Part shown: in pieces, positions 53,679 to 64,000 of the stretch
How the letters are laid out: the number at the start of each line of letters is the position of its first letter
How positions within the stretch are numbered: position 1 is the first letter of the stretch
Origin: Chloropicon primus
Taxonomy: Eukaryota
Assembly (NCBI GenBank): GCA_023205875.1
Contig: CP060763.1
Span: 372,001-436,000 of the forward strand
Direction of reading: 5' to 3'
DNA: 64,000 nucleotides
Notes under the pieces: generated by a model
What the model saw: the letters and a program-made list of their open reading frames with translations, nothing else
Database searches by the model: none
What the model was told of the DNA's origin: nothing
Translations under genes and position numbers: made by a program

Positions 53679-55670
53679 TCATCTCTTGCTGAGTCTATAC
53701 TTGATTTTGTTTCTCCAACGCCTTCCAAAGGACATCAGTTTTCCCCTGCCGGGCTGCGTGTGCTCCACCCGAACATCGCCGCACTCGGCTAAAACTTCGA
53801 CCCTCTTTTGTAGCATTTGTAGCAGGTTGAGCTCATCACCCTTGCAGTACCTTTGGAGCGACGACAAGTCATTCCTCACGTCGCCAAGGTAAACCTTCAT
53901 GAGGGTTTTTATCTCAGGCCCGACCGAGCCTGCGAGAAACTCAAGGTCGTTCACCACCTCGGCGGCAACCCTAACAGTGTCCTTGAGACAAAGAATTCCA
54001 TCCTTGTAGCAAAGGGTTGCGGCGCCGATGTAAGTCTTGTACGGGAAGATCTTCCTCGTCCCCATGTTCGTGGAAGTGGAGGTGGACGGGACCTTGTGGA
54101 TGAAACTCGCTCGGATTCCAGCTTGACCCCCGGACTCATCGCTGAGAACTTTCATTAATTCCAGGTCTCCTTGCCCGGAATCTCCAAAGAGAACCAGTTG
54201 GCACTCGGCGTAGAGCATCATGAACTGCTTGACGGCCTCGGCTTTCTTCAGAGCGATTGGAGACCAGACAGCGCGAGCTGCGTTTCGAGTCTTGAATCGA
54301 TCCATCAAAACTGCGAGAAGGGACTTCAGCCCCGTGTGCAGCCCGCTCTTCAGGTCGCCGCAGAGCACGACGGGCTCCATTCTCAGCAACCCCTTCCTCT
54401 TGAGCGGCCCGGTAAGCATCTTGTAAGAGTAGATCTCGCTCATCCCTTTGTACGACTTTGGCCTCGCTGTCAACAAGACGAGCGAGGCTGAGCTGAAGAA
54501 CTGGCTGAACTCATTGTGTTTCGGGCTGTTCGCTGCTGCGATTTGCTGGAACAAAAAGCAGCAGCCCGGGTACATGACTCGCTTTGGCAGCCGGGCGTCG
54601 ACTCCCGCTGGCCACCTTCCGCCCGAGCAGAGGAGCGTGTCATCTACGTCTGAGATCACCTTTGTCATCGGAACATTCCCCATGAATGTCTGCTCGTCCT
54701 TCCTCTTGAGGCCCTCGGAGTGGAGGTGCCGCATGACCTCCTGCTGCGCGACGCCTCTCAGGTCGTAGAAAACGAGCTTGTGCAGAGAGTGCCAGTCCCC
54801 TCGGGAATCCAAGATAGCCTTCATGACTTCGAGCTCCTTGCCGTGGAAACTCAAGACCAAATTCCTAGCCCAAAGCTGTTTGCTGTTGGATGACACGATG
54901 CCTATCCGTTGCAAGCCGTCCAGCAAGAGCACTTTTGATACCAGCGAAAGCTCTTTGATCCTCCCTCCCTCTCCCAGCAGCATCGAAAAGGTCCCGCGTT
55001 CAGCCACGTACGCCAGCTTCGAGCAGTTGATCATCGACAAGTGGTAATTCAGCTCCTTGGCCGGGCTCGTCTTCAGTATCGAGTGTATCTGCTCCTGCTG
55101 CGGCGTGTGCAGCTTCAGGACGCCGAAAAGCACCATTTTCAAGCCCGCGGCCTTCGTCCCGTAGAGCTTGTCCACGAGGTCCTTGAGGTGGAACGTCCTG
55201 CCTCGGACGAAACCCGACTGAGAGGACAGCTCCTTCAGGCACCGCCTTGCCTCTTGCTTCCTGAGAGCCCACAGGCCGTCCGAGAGCATCTTCAGCGATG
55301 TCACCTGCGAGGTGACGTAGCTCGCCAGGAGATTGAAGGTCTCCGCGACGAGGAGAGCGAACGCCACGGTCATCGGCAGGGTCAGTTGCAGCGCCCCCGC
55401 AGTGCGTGCTCCGGCGTACACGCCGATGAACAGCCAGAACAACTTCTCGTACTCCCGCTTGTGTAGGACCGTCCTCCTCTCCGTCACGAAGTAGAGCGCG
55501 ATGGCAACGACGACGAGGAGATCAACCCTTCGCATCCAGGTGATCAAGACCGTCCCCTGCACCACGACCGCCTCCGCCATGCCTGTGGCATCAATGTAAG
55601 CCTCGAAAACGCCTGTCGCGCTCGGCTCCGCATCTTGCTTCCCGCGAAAGAACGTCGCAAGCCTCTCCAT
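53679..55670 (-). CDS. Membrane protein with HAD-family App1/LNS2-like phosphatidate phosphatase domain
   Basis: VISDVDDTL (DxDxT), LLTARP and LFGDSGQGD; N-terminal TM helices. First ATG at 55670. Confidence 0.7.
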   Translation of the reverse strand: MERLATFFRGKQDAEPSATGVFEAYIDATGMAEAVVVQGTVLITWMRRVDLLVVVAIALYFVTERRTVLHKREYEKLFWLFIGVYAGARTAGALQLTLPMTVAFALLVAETFNLLASYVTSQVTSLKMLSDGLWALRKQEARRCLKELSSQSGFVRGRTFHLKDLVDKLYGTKAAGLKMVLFGVLKLHTPQQEQIHSILKTSPAKELNYHLSMINCSKLAYVAERGTFSMLLGEGGRIKELSLVSKVLLLDGLQRIGIVSSNSKQLWARNLVLSFHGKELEVMKAILDSRGDWHSLHKLVFYDLRGVAQQEVMRHLHSEGLKRKDEQTFMGNVPMTKVISDVDDTLLCSGGRWPAGVDARLPKRVMYPGCCFLFQQIAAANSPKHNEFSQFFSSASLVLLTARPKSYKGMSEIYSYKMLTGPLKRKGLLRMEPVVLCGDLKSGLHTGLKSLLAVLMDRFKTRNAARAVWSPIALKKAEAVKQFMMLYAECQLVLFGDSGQGDLELMKVLSDESGGQAGIRASFIHKVPSTSTSTNMGTRKIFPYKTYIGAATLCYKDGILCLKDTVRVAAEVVNDLEFLAGSVGPEIKTLMKVYLGDVRNDLSSLQRYCKGDELNLLQMLQKRVEVLAECGDVRVEHTQPGRGKLMSFGRRWRNKIKYRLSKR

Positions 55671-56404
55671 CTCCTCTACCTCATCTCTCCCTCGCTCGCG
55701 CAAGTCGACGACCGCCAACAACTCGTGCAATGGCAGTGCCCCTCCAACGGATGGCACACCCCAGCAGGAGGTGTTCCCGACCACTCCGAGGGCCAAACGG
55801 GTCAATTAAACGATCCCCAGAAAGCCCGTGAGACACTCTTTCGTCTCAAAACCCTTAAACTCCCTCCAATCTTCCGTCCTCGTCGCCAAAGCTCACGATT
55901 CCACGGACCTCTGCTCCATACCCTGCTCGGCCGTTATGATTCCAGACCCCGCTAAGGAAGAAGATAAGGTAGGTCATCATGAGTGTACCATACGATAACA
56001 CCGAATCCGAGTTCTGTTTTTTTTTTCGTATTTCCTTAAGCAAAGTCCAAGGGAAAACCTAGGCCCCGCGGCCCGCCTCCCTTCCGCGGTCTCCAGAGAG
56101 AGAGAGCTCACTCCTGGCGGGACCCTTGGCCATCCTTTGCCCAGCACAAGGACGAGGAGCAACAAGGCTAGCAGAACGCAGTTTGGGTCATCCTAATCCT
56201 TTTCTTTTTCTATTTTGGGGGTGGGTTTGAGCCTTTGCCCCCTCAGTCCTCAATTCTTGGGTGACTTGACTTGTTGGAACCGAAAGGACGGAAGCTTTTT
56301 TTGTGCCTCCTTGTGGTTTGGGATTGCATTCTTCTTCTTCTTCTTCTTGTTCTTCTTCGGAACAGCCACCGACTACCCGGTCAGAGGTTTTAGATTGATT
56401 GAGG

Positions 56405-57850
56405 ATGTGGAAGAGAATGGTGACGCCAATACTGGCGGTGTGCCTTTGCTGCTCGTTGTTCGTTGGCCCTGCCTTTGCTGCGGATACCGAGTCCTCGAAA
56501 GGGGTTGGAATAAGCTTCGAGCAGACGGCGGACAACGTGTTCTTTGACTTTCAGGTGGACACGGCGACTTACGACCGGGTGTACTACAACACGAGCGTGA
56601 GAGATGGGGAGACCTTGGTCAAGGTGGTGTTCCACAGCGAGGAGAACCCCTCGGACCAGAAGTTCGTCAGGCTGCACCTCGCCCAGGCCATCCTTCCTGC
56701 GGATACCAGCGCCTCCACGACGGAGGAGGGGGCCAAGCTCACGTTCTCCAAGGCCACCCCAGGGCAGAGGTGGACCAACGTGGTGAACTTCGCGAGCGAC
56801 GAGGCCCTCCAGGGAACCATCCCGGTGAACGTGGCGGGAAACATGGTGGACATCACGGCCAGCGAGTTCGAGGACCTTTCCAACGCCATAGCCAAGTCCT
56901 TGGACAGGATCGAGGGCGTCCAGTACACCTCCGCGGACGTGGACCTCATCGCCCAGCAGTTCGGGGACGCCTTTGACAAGTCCACCCCTTACTGCGTTGC
57001 CCCAAGCTTCTGCGTCTGCAAGCTTCCGTTCGTGTTTGATGGCACCAAGTGCGTCTCGGGCGACTTGTGGAAGAACTTTCAGTCCAAGGTGGTCTCGCAG
57101 AGCGCGGTGCAGGTTCAGGTCGAGGAGGGCAAGCCTCTGAGAACGTTGGGGGACCAGGAGCTCTTGGAGTTGGAGGACGAGACGTTCAACGTCATCTTCG
57201 ACACGTACCAGAAAAGGGCGGCGAAGCAGCAGATGTGGCCTTACATGCTCTACGCCCAGTCCCTGAAGAGGAGCAACGTCCTTGTGGTCGGCGGCGGAAT
57301 GACTCAGTTCGAGCCCCTGGTGATGGTGAACTCCGGCGTCAACGTCACCGTCGTGGACTCGAACTTGAACAACCTCAAGCTCCTCAACAGGATTGCGGAC
57401 AGCTCCCAGATCAACAAGAACTTGCTCCACCTCGTTTACGTGCCCAACCTCGAGGGCCTCGACGAGCTCAAGACGGAGTACGACGTCATTCTGGCCCTGG
57501 ACAGTCTGACCAAGGCGCCCACCGAGCTCCTTGAGGACGTCTACTTCGTCCTCTTGTCCAAGCTTCGCTTGGGGGGGCGGTGGATCCAGCTTGCGCCGTC
57601 CAAGTCCAGGTACATGTCCGAGGGCTCCCCCTCGTACAAGGACTTTGCTCAGATATACAACAGGCACTTGGGAGTCCCTGAGGAGACGGTGTGGTACGAG
57701 TGGCTCGACATTCCCAAGCTGATGAAGATCTTGGCCCCGACCAAGTCCCGGTTCCAGATCATCTTCGACGGCGAACTCGGCAGCAACCCGGTGCAGTTCC
57801 CAGACAATTTTCAGCTCATCGACCTGCTGTACTTGGGAAGGACGCAATAG
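56405..57850 (+). CDS. Signal-peptide protein with CS/p23-like domain and C-terminal class I SAM-methyltransferase-like domain
   Basis: Signal ...GPAFA|A; SFEQTADNVFF...LTFSKATPGQRWTNV; NVLVVGGG, VTVVDSN and YDVILALDSL. Confidence 0.6.
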   Translation: MWKRMVTPILAVCLCCSLFVGPAFAADTESSKGVGISFEQTADNVFFDFQVDTATYDRVYYNTSVRDGETLVKVVFHSEENPSDQKFVRLHLAQAILPADTSASTTEEGAKLTFSKATPGQRWTNVVNFASDEALQGTIPVNVAGNMVDITASEFEDLSNAIAKSLDRIEGVQYTSADVDLIAQQFGDAFDKSTPYCVAPSFCVCKLPFVFDGTKCVSGDLWKNFQSKVVSQSAVQVQVEEGKPLRTLGDQELLELEDETFNVIFDTYQKRAAKQQMWPYMLYAQSLKRSNVLVVGGGMTQFEPLVMVNSGVNVTVVDSNLNNLKLLNRIADSSQINKNLLHLVYVPNLEGLDELKTEYDVILALDSLTKAPTELLEDVYFVLLSKLRLGGRWIQLAPSKSRYMSEGSPSYKDFAQIYNRHLGVPEETVWYEWLDIPKLMKILAPTKSRFQIIFDGELGSNPVQFPDNFQLIDLLYLGRTQ

Positions 57851-58314
57851 AGATAGGTCGACTCAATCACAAGCGATAGGGGGGGGGCTAAGGCGCTCGC
57901 GTTGCACTAATCACAGGTGCCTGTAACCCATTTTGTTGTCTCTTTCTTGGAGTGGGTTCTTTTGTCCGAAACACGACAGAGGCAACCATCCCTTCTCCTT
58001 CCCTGCTGATCGGATCAGATCGGACCGTCCTCTCCTTTCCCTCTCTCCAACGCAACGTGCTGCTGCCTAAGTGGACACAAACACGCACACACACACACAG
58101 ACAGACAGACAGAGAGAGAGAGAGAGAGACTTAGGGCGACCATTCTCCTCCCCTCTCCCTCCCTCTGTCCTCCATGAAAGTCGAATGAATCCTCCCTCCT
58201 CTCTCTCTCTCTCTCTCTTTCCTGATCTGCCAGGTGGCCACGTTTCCAAAGATCAAAACGTTTTTTTGATCGAGAGAGAGAGGAGAGCTTGGTCGCCCTC
58301 GAACGGACGACGCC

Positions 58315-60443
58315 ATGAAGACCTTCCGGGCCAAGGCGCCGCGCAGCGGCCTCGGGTGCGGCTCCAGACCCCTGAGCCAAGCGCAGCGCACCCCTTTGTC
58401 CCGAAACCAGCGCCCTTTTGTCGCCAAAGCGAGCGAAAGAGAATGCTCGATGAACTTGCAGATCGATCGAGAGAGGAGGACGGCGAGGGGTGGCGTCAAG
58501 AGGACGGCGCTCGCGGAGAGGGCGGGGGAGTCGTGCGTCCTGCCGAGAGAGGCCACGGTGAGTCGAGCGTGCTCAACCCTGTCGAATTCTCCACCACGAG
58601 GAACGAAACGAAAATCTCCCACCACCACCACGAAGCACTTTTTGGTGGAGATGTTGTTGTCGTTGCTTGTTGTTGATGACAGGTTCGTGTTGGCTGACGA
58701 ACCATCTGTTCATTCGTTTGCTTCTTCGCTTTCCCTCTCCCCTGTCTCGCGAAGATCGGAGTTCTCGGAGGCGGGCAGCTCGGTCGCATGTTCGCCCTGG
58801 CAGCGGCTCGGTTGGGAGTCAAGGTGCTCGTCCTGGACCCGACTGACCCTGCTCCTGCTGCAGTGGCTGCCGGCCAAGTGAAAGGAAGCTTTCGTGACGA
58901 GGACGCGATCTTGGAGTTTGCCAAGAAGGTGGACGTGCTTACCGTGGAGATCGAGCACATCAACACGGAGGCTCTGCAGAAGGTGGCGGAGGCGGGGGCG
59001 GACGTGCAGCCCACCCCGAGGACGCTGAGAATCATCCAGGACAAATACGCGCAGAAGGAGCACCTGCGAGAGTTCGGCGTCCCGCTCCCGCCCTACATGA
59101 GGGTGGGGCTGAGCGAGGAGTCGATGAAGGAGGTGGCGGACACGCTCGGGTACCCCATGATGCTGAAGTCCAGGTACCTGGCGTACGACGGGAGGGGCAA
59201 CTACGTCGTGGAGGACGAGGAGGACTTTGCCGCCGGGGTGAAGGCTCTGACCGAGAATTTGGACGAGGACCAGAAGGAGAATGGCTTGTACGCGGAGGGC
59301 TGGGTGCCTTTCGTCAAGGAGCTCGCGGTGATGGTCGCGAGGGGCAGGGAAGGCGAGGTCGTCACTTACCCTGTGGTCGAGACGCATCACAAGGACAGCA
59401 TCCTGTCCGAGCTGGAATGCCCCGCCAACATCCCGGAGGAGACCCAGAAGAGGGCGAGGGAGGTGGCGCGCTTGGCGGTCTCGAAGTTCGAGGGCGCCGG
59501 CGTCTTCGGAGTGGAGCTCTTCCTCCTACAGGACGGGCGCGTCCTGCTGAACGAGATCGCCCCGAGGCCCCACAACTCCGGCCACTACACGATAGAGGCT
59601 TGCGTGACCAGCCAGTACGAGCAGCACGTCCGCGCCGTCCTGGGCTGGCCGCTCGGGGACACCTCCTTGACGTGCGGGGGGAGCTCCATGATCAATATCT
59701 TGGGAGAAGCGAGCGGCGAGGAAGGGGCCGAGATAGCGAACAACCTCATAGGAAGGTCGCTCCCGGTCCCCGGGGCCTACCCGCACTGGTACGGCAAGGA
59801 AGGGGTGAAGCCCGGAAGGAAGATTGGGCACATCACCATCACGGGGACGAGCTTGCTGGATGCGGTGTCGAAGAAGGACAGGATTTTGGGGCGAAAGCCG
59901 TCCTCGGAGGTGGGGGGGGACCAGAAGAAGCCCCCACAAGTCGCGGTAATCATGGGCTCGGATTCGGATCTCTACGTCATGAAGAATGCAGCCCAAGTCC
60001 TCGAGGACTTTGGCATCTCCACGCAGGTCACCATCGTTTCTGCGCACAGGACGCCCGAAAGGATGTTTGACTTTGCTAGGAATGCGCACAAGCGGGGCAT
60101 CAAAGCCATCATCGCGGGGGCCGGTGGGGCCGCCCACCTGCCGGGCATGGTGGCGTCCATGACGCCCCTCCCGGTGATCGGGGTTCCCGTGATCCCGAAA
60201 GGCGCCGCGCTGGATGGGGTGGACTCCCTGCTTTCCATTGTGCAGATGCCAAAGGGAATACCGGTGGCCACGGTGGCGATCCAGAATGCCGCAAACGCGG
60301 GTCTGCTTGCCGCCAGGATCATTGGTGCATCTGACCCACAAGTGTTGGAAAAGATGCAAGCCTACCAGGACGGGCTGAAGAAGATGGTCGAAGGAAAGGC
60401 CTCGAGGCTCGAGGGGGATGGGTGGGAGAACTACGAAGTCTAA
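58315..60443 (+). CDS. ADE2: Phosphoribosylaminoimidazole carboxylase (PurK-PurE fusion), plastid; intron 58558-58754
   Basis: [45 protein letters not shown] and [12 protein letters not shown]. Confidence 0.96.
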
Positions 60444-60529
60444 CTAACGGCGGTTGTCGACACTGGGGCTTGGCTTCTTCTTCGTTGTTGGCGGCAAGCA
60501 ATCACATGCAATGTCTAACCCATCTATTC

Positions 60530-62859
60530 TCAAAAAGTAAAGTCTAGCTCGACTGGCATTGCCCAGTGAAATTTGCTCAGCAAGCTCTTGTTGAATATCT
60601 TCTCGATCGGGACTTCGTTCTGCTTGCACCAAGCCACCGTAATCCTGGGGTCCATGTAGTTGATCTTGGACGTTCCGAGGGCCACGGTCTTCAGATCCTC
60701 CTTCACGGCCACCTGCAACTTGAGCTTCTTGAGCCTCTCTTTGGCCTTGTCAAGCTTTGGCTTGACCTTCTCCACGGGCACGACCTTGCCCTTGCTATCC
60801 GTGTAGTCCCCGGTCTCGGCCTTCTTGCAACTGTCCTGCAACTCCTTCACTTCTTTGATCAAGGCCTTCAACTTCTCGTTCAGCTTCTCCATGGAGCCGG
60901 CGTGGCCCTTCGGAACAGAGCGCTGGTGATTGCACAGGATCGCGACCTCCTTGTTTGCCCTGTCGTAGTCCGCTTTCTTCTCCTCCACGGGCTTGTTGTA
61001 GTACTTTTGCCTCGCCTCCGTCTGCTCCTTCAGCAGCTGAGCGAGGGTGATCGAGGCGTTGTAGGTCCTAAAGACTTTCGCGGAGAGCCCCGGCATGTAG
61101 CACTTGAAGAGCTGGTTTATATCCGTCGCCGTCATTCCGTCAAAAAGGAGGTCCTCTGGCTTCTTGTCCCTCTTCCCGTTGATGGTCTTCTGCGAGAAAC
61201 TCTTCATGTTATGGTACACCATCTCGTCTATCTCCGCCACGTTCTCGTACCTTATGGAGTCCTTACCCAAAAAGTCGAACTTGACTTTGTACTTGTCGTC
61301 CTCGATGTCCAGAAACTCCACGTTGTCGACCTTGAGAGTGCAGCAGCCCACCGTATCCGCCTCATCCTCGTCCTTCTCGTGCCCCGCACGAAGCGCCAGC
61401 CTATCGATCAGATAGATCGCGCAAGCCATCTGCCTCTTCACCTTGTCCTTGGACTTCAGGCCCTTCATGTAGTCCTTCCGGATCTTCTCGATGTAGTCCT
61501 TGAGCTTCCTGGCCTTCTCGTACTTGGCCAAATCGCTCTCGGCCTTGAACTGACTGTTGGCGGCGAGGAAAACGTACTTGAGGTCCCTCACGTTGATGGG
61601 GTCGTTCCAGCACGCCAGCCACGTCACAGTGTGGTCGTGCTGGACCCTCCCCCACCTGTGGCCCGGCATGGGGCACTCGGGCACCTCAGCGTCCTCGCCG
61701 ATGTTGATGGTGATCTCCTCTGGGTACACCCGCCTCTTCCACATGCCCATTTTCGGGTGCTCCCCTCGGCCCCTGAACAGTCCCGGTGGCTCAACTCTGA
61801 AATTTCCAACCTGTTCCTGTCGATCGTCCACCTGACAGAACTTATACTTGGCTTCCACCTTGTCCTTCTCCTCCTTGATCTTCTTCTTCTCCTCCTTGGT
61901 CATCAACTTCTTCTTTTCCTGCAAGTTCCACGCGAGAAGACGAGAACAGACACACGCGAGCGAGCGCGTAGAGTTTGACCCCTTGGTCAGCACTGCATTC
62001 ACTCCCGGACTTTGTTCGACCGCTCCATTGGCCGTCGTCAGCTTACCTTCTCCGCCAGGTGCCACTCCCAAATCGGCGTGAAGTCGCACTTCTCCAGCGT
62101 CTTTATAACGTGGTTCTTCCCCAAGACAGCCTTCATGGCGTTCCAAGCGTTCTTCACAAAAGTTTGTTTCTTGAGGTACTCAGTCTCCCTCATCATCGCG
62201 TAAGCCGTCATGACCTCCTCCTGCTCAGGGGTCAGATCGACAGCCTTGTTGTCGTAAAGCATCTTGACTCCGTGCGGCTTGTACTCCGGAGGGAAGAGCA
62301 CACCCCAGTGTTGCAGCTTGGTCCACATTTGCTTCTTCCCCTTCCCTTCCGCCCCTTTGCCGTTCGCCCCCTTCGTCGTGGCCATTCTCTTGATCTTCGA
62401 CTTGATCCCCTTGCCCTTGACCGTCTTCTTCTTCGCCACCCTCGACGCCGCCGCCGCAGAGGCCTTGAGCTTCTCGTCCTTCCTCTTCTTCTTGATCTTT
62501 TCGTTTTTGATCTTTCTCAAAGTCTCGCTCCTTCCGCTGCTGCTGCCGCTGTAAACCGACTTCAACGACTTCTTGTCCGACGGAACCTTCTTCGATTGCT
62601 GCGACGGCGGAGCGGGAAGCTTCGCCATCCTCGCAGCAAGCGGAACGTCATCACTATCACTGTCCGAGTCCTCCACCTTCTTGTCCCTTTTCTCTTCTTT
62701 TTGGATCGGGATCGGGACAGAACCTTCGCCACCTGCGCTCCTTTTCGCGACAGGAGACGACGACGACGACAACTTTGCCTTCGAATCCACTGCGGTGTCA
62801 CGCTCTCTCTTCACGGACACCATCTGTGCCAGCGGCACCTCTTCCGAGCTCGACGACAT
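60530..62859 (-). CDS. TOP1: DNA topoisomerase I (type IB); intron 62046-61919
   Basis: WTKLQHWGVLFPPEY, FRVEPPGLFRGRGEHPKMG, AKVFRTYNAS, CNHQR and catalytic SKINYMDPRI. Confidence 0.97.
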
Positions 62860-63219
62860 CCTCTCGCCCCCTCCACCCCCTTCGGTGGTGGCTCTCGCTC
62901 TCTCGCTCTCTCTGCTCTGCTGCTCCTCATCGATGGAGGGAATGGAGGGTGGAGGATGGAGGGCGAGGACGGGGGTTGTGAATGGGAAGGGCGGTGCAGG
63001 TGACACACTTGCCTCTTCCTCTTTCATCTTTCGTTGGGCACTTCACTTGGAACGATTTCGTGTGCCATGGTGAGGAGGAAGAGTTGGGTCGTGTGGTGGA
63101 GTGTGGGTGGGCGAACCAAGGAGAAGAAAGTTAAGGTACAAGGAAAGCATATCCTTTTGTAATGATACACTACTAATGGCACAGCAGGGGGGCACCACCC
63201 ATCGCCCTCGGTCCCGGGA

Positions 63220-64000
63220 TCACGATTTTCGGATGGTCCAAACCTGGGTGACGTCCTTCTTCTGATCGGACGAGACCTTGCAGGAGGCGATGCCGTATCC
63301 CGCGGATTTGAGGAGCGCTTTGGTTCCATAAGCGTCAAAGGCTGTGGCCAACGGAAGGTATTTCTTGCTCGAGGAGTCGATCTCCACGTACTCCGTCCCC
63401 CACAGGGTCGCTGCCCCAGTGACACGAACAAGAAACGAGGAGCTCCCATCCAACTTGATGAAGTTATCGGCCAAGTCCGTCTGAACGCGAGGCGGGAGGT
63501 CCGAGACCGAAGCGCGAAGCGCGTAGCCCTTTCCGACCAGGTGATCCAGCCAGGCCTGAACCAACGCCTGGGGTCCAGACGCGGAAGCCACCCTGAGCTT
63601 CTCTGTGAGCGCCGCATCAACGGGAGGCAGGTTGGGCGCCGCAGAGGACTCCGCTTCAGCTTCAGGGGAAGGCGCTGCTCCGCCGCCCTCGTCAAAATCG
63701 ATCAAAGCTTCCGTGTTCACAGGCAAGGCGACCACGGACGAGTCCAAAATTCCAACGCCCAGGCGGGAGAGAATGCCGGAACCCACTCTGTCCTCAAAGT
63801 CAGAGATGAGGCTTTGGGACGCACCGGCCTCGGCCAACGTTTTGGCCGCGACGTGAAACAGACAGAAGCTGATGAAGTCGAGGTAGGAGCTGTTGGTGAG
63901 GTCGCCCACGGATGGCTGAAGGGGCTGAAGCGCGGCGATGTAATCCCCTTGCACCTGCTGCCGATACAGCCAGAACTCTTTCTGGAACGTTTGCATTGAA
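63220..64000 (-). CDS. Unknown protein (3' part; 5' end beyond window)
   Basis: Open frame of >258 aa with coding-like composition (GDLTNSSYLDFISF, GAATLWG). No family recognised. Confidence 0.55.
   Translation of the reverse strand, partial: SMQTFQKEFWLYRQQVQGDYIAALQPLQPSVGDLTNSSYLDFISFCLFHVAAKTLAEAGASQSLISDFEDRVGSGILSRLGVGILDSSVVALPVNTEALIDFDEGGGAAPSPEAEAESSAAPNLPPVDAALTEKLRVASASGPQALVQAWLDHLVGKGYALRASVSDLPPRVQTDLADNFIKLDGSSSFLVRVTGAATLWGTEYVEIDSSSKKYLPLATAFDAYGTKALLKSAGYGIASCKVSSDQKKDVTQVWTIRKS

Noticed and set aside
58315..60443. PurK-PurE fusion as a novelty
   Set aside because: Standard architecture in plants, algae and fungi (ADE2).

Overview
Gene-dense, GC-rich eukaryotic nuclear DNA with short GT-AG introns and (GA)n/(CA)n microsatellites. 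Plastid- and mitochondrion-targeted genes (PsbP-domain, FtsH, HisC, PurK/E, Iojap) point to a compact picoplanktonic green alga. A Chloropicon-like organism is my inference from style and the 'WLRSQDPPCPWD' ankyrin family. About 33 protein-coding genes were identified, mostly housekeeping (Serinc, RRP7, CWC21, cactin, TFIIS, RPB4, NAC-alpha, TOP1, kinesin-8, PUS3, MsrA). There is also one solitary 5S rRNA gene, absent from the ORF track, and five short local duplications in intergenic DNA. Most notable: (1) a putatively plastid-targeted protein fusing a PTST2/3-N-terminal-like helical module to a Rubisco small-subunit-like domain with a short, bacterial-type loop; (2) an RWP-RK-like domain fused to a SET1-type SET/post-SET domain; (3) a single-chain, organelle-targeted SbcD-SbcC (Mre11-Rad50/gp47-gp46-like) fusion; (4) a ~25-bp pseudo-palindromic element GAAAG-N13-CTTTC recurring at about 10 gene 5' regions, plus a second motif (TA)ATGAGTGTA in four divergent promoters; (5) GT32-FkbM and signal peptide-CS-methyltransferase fusions. 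All calls come from reading motifs by eye; no database searches were run.
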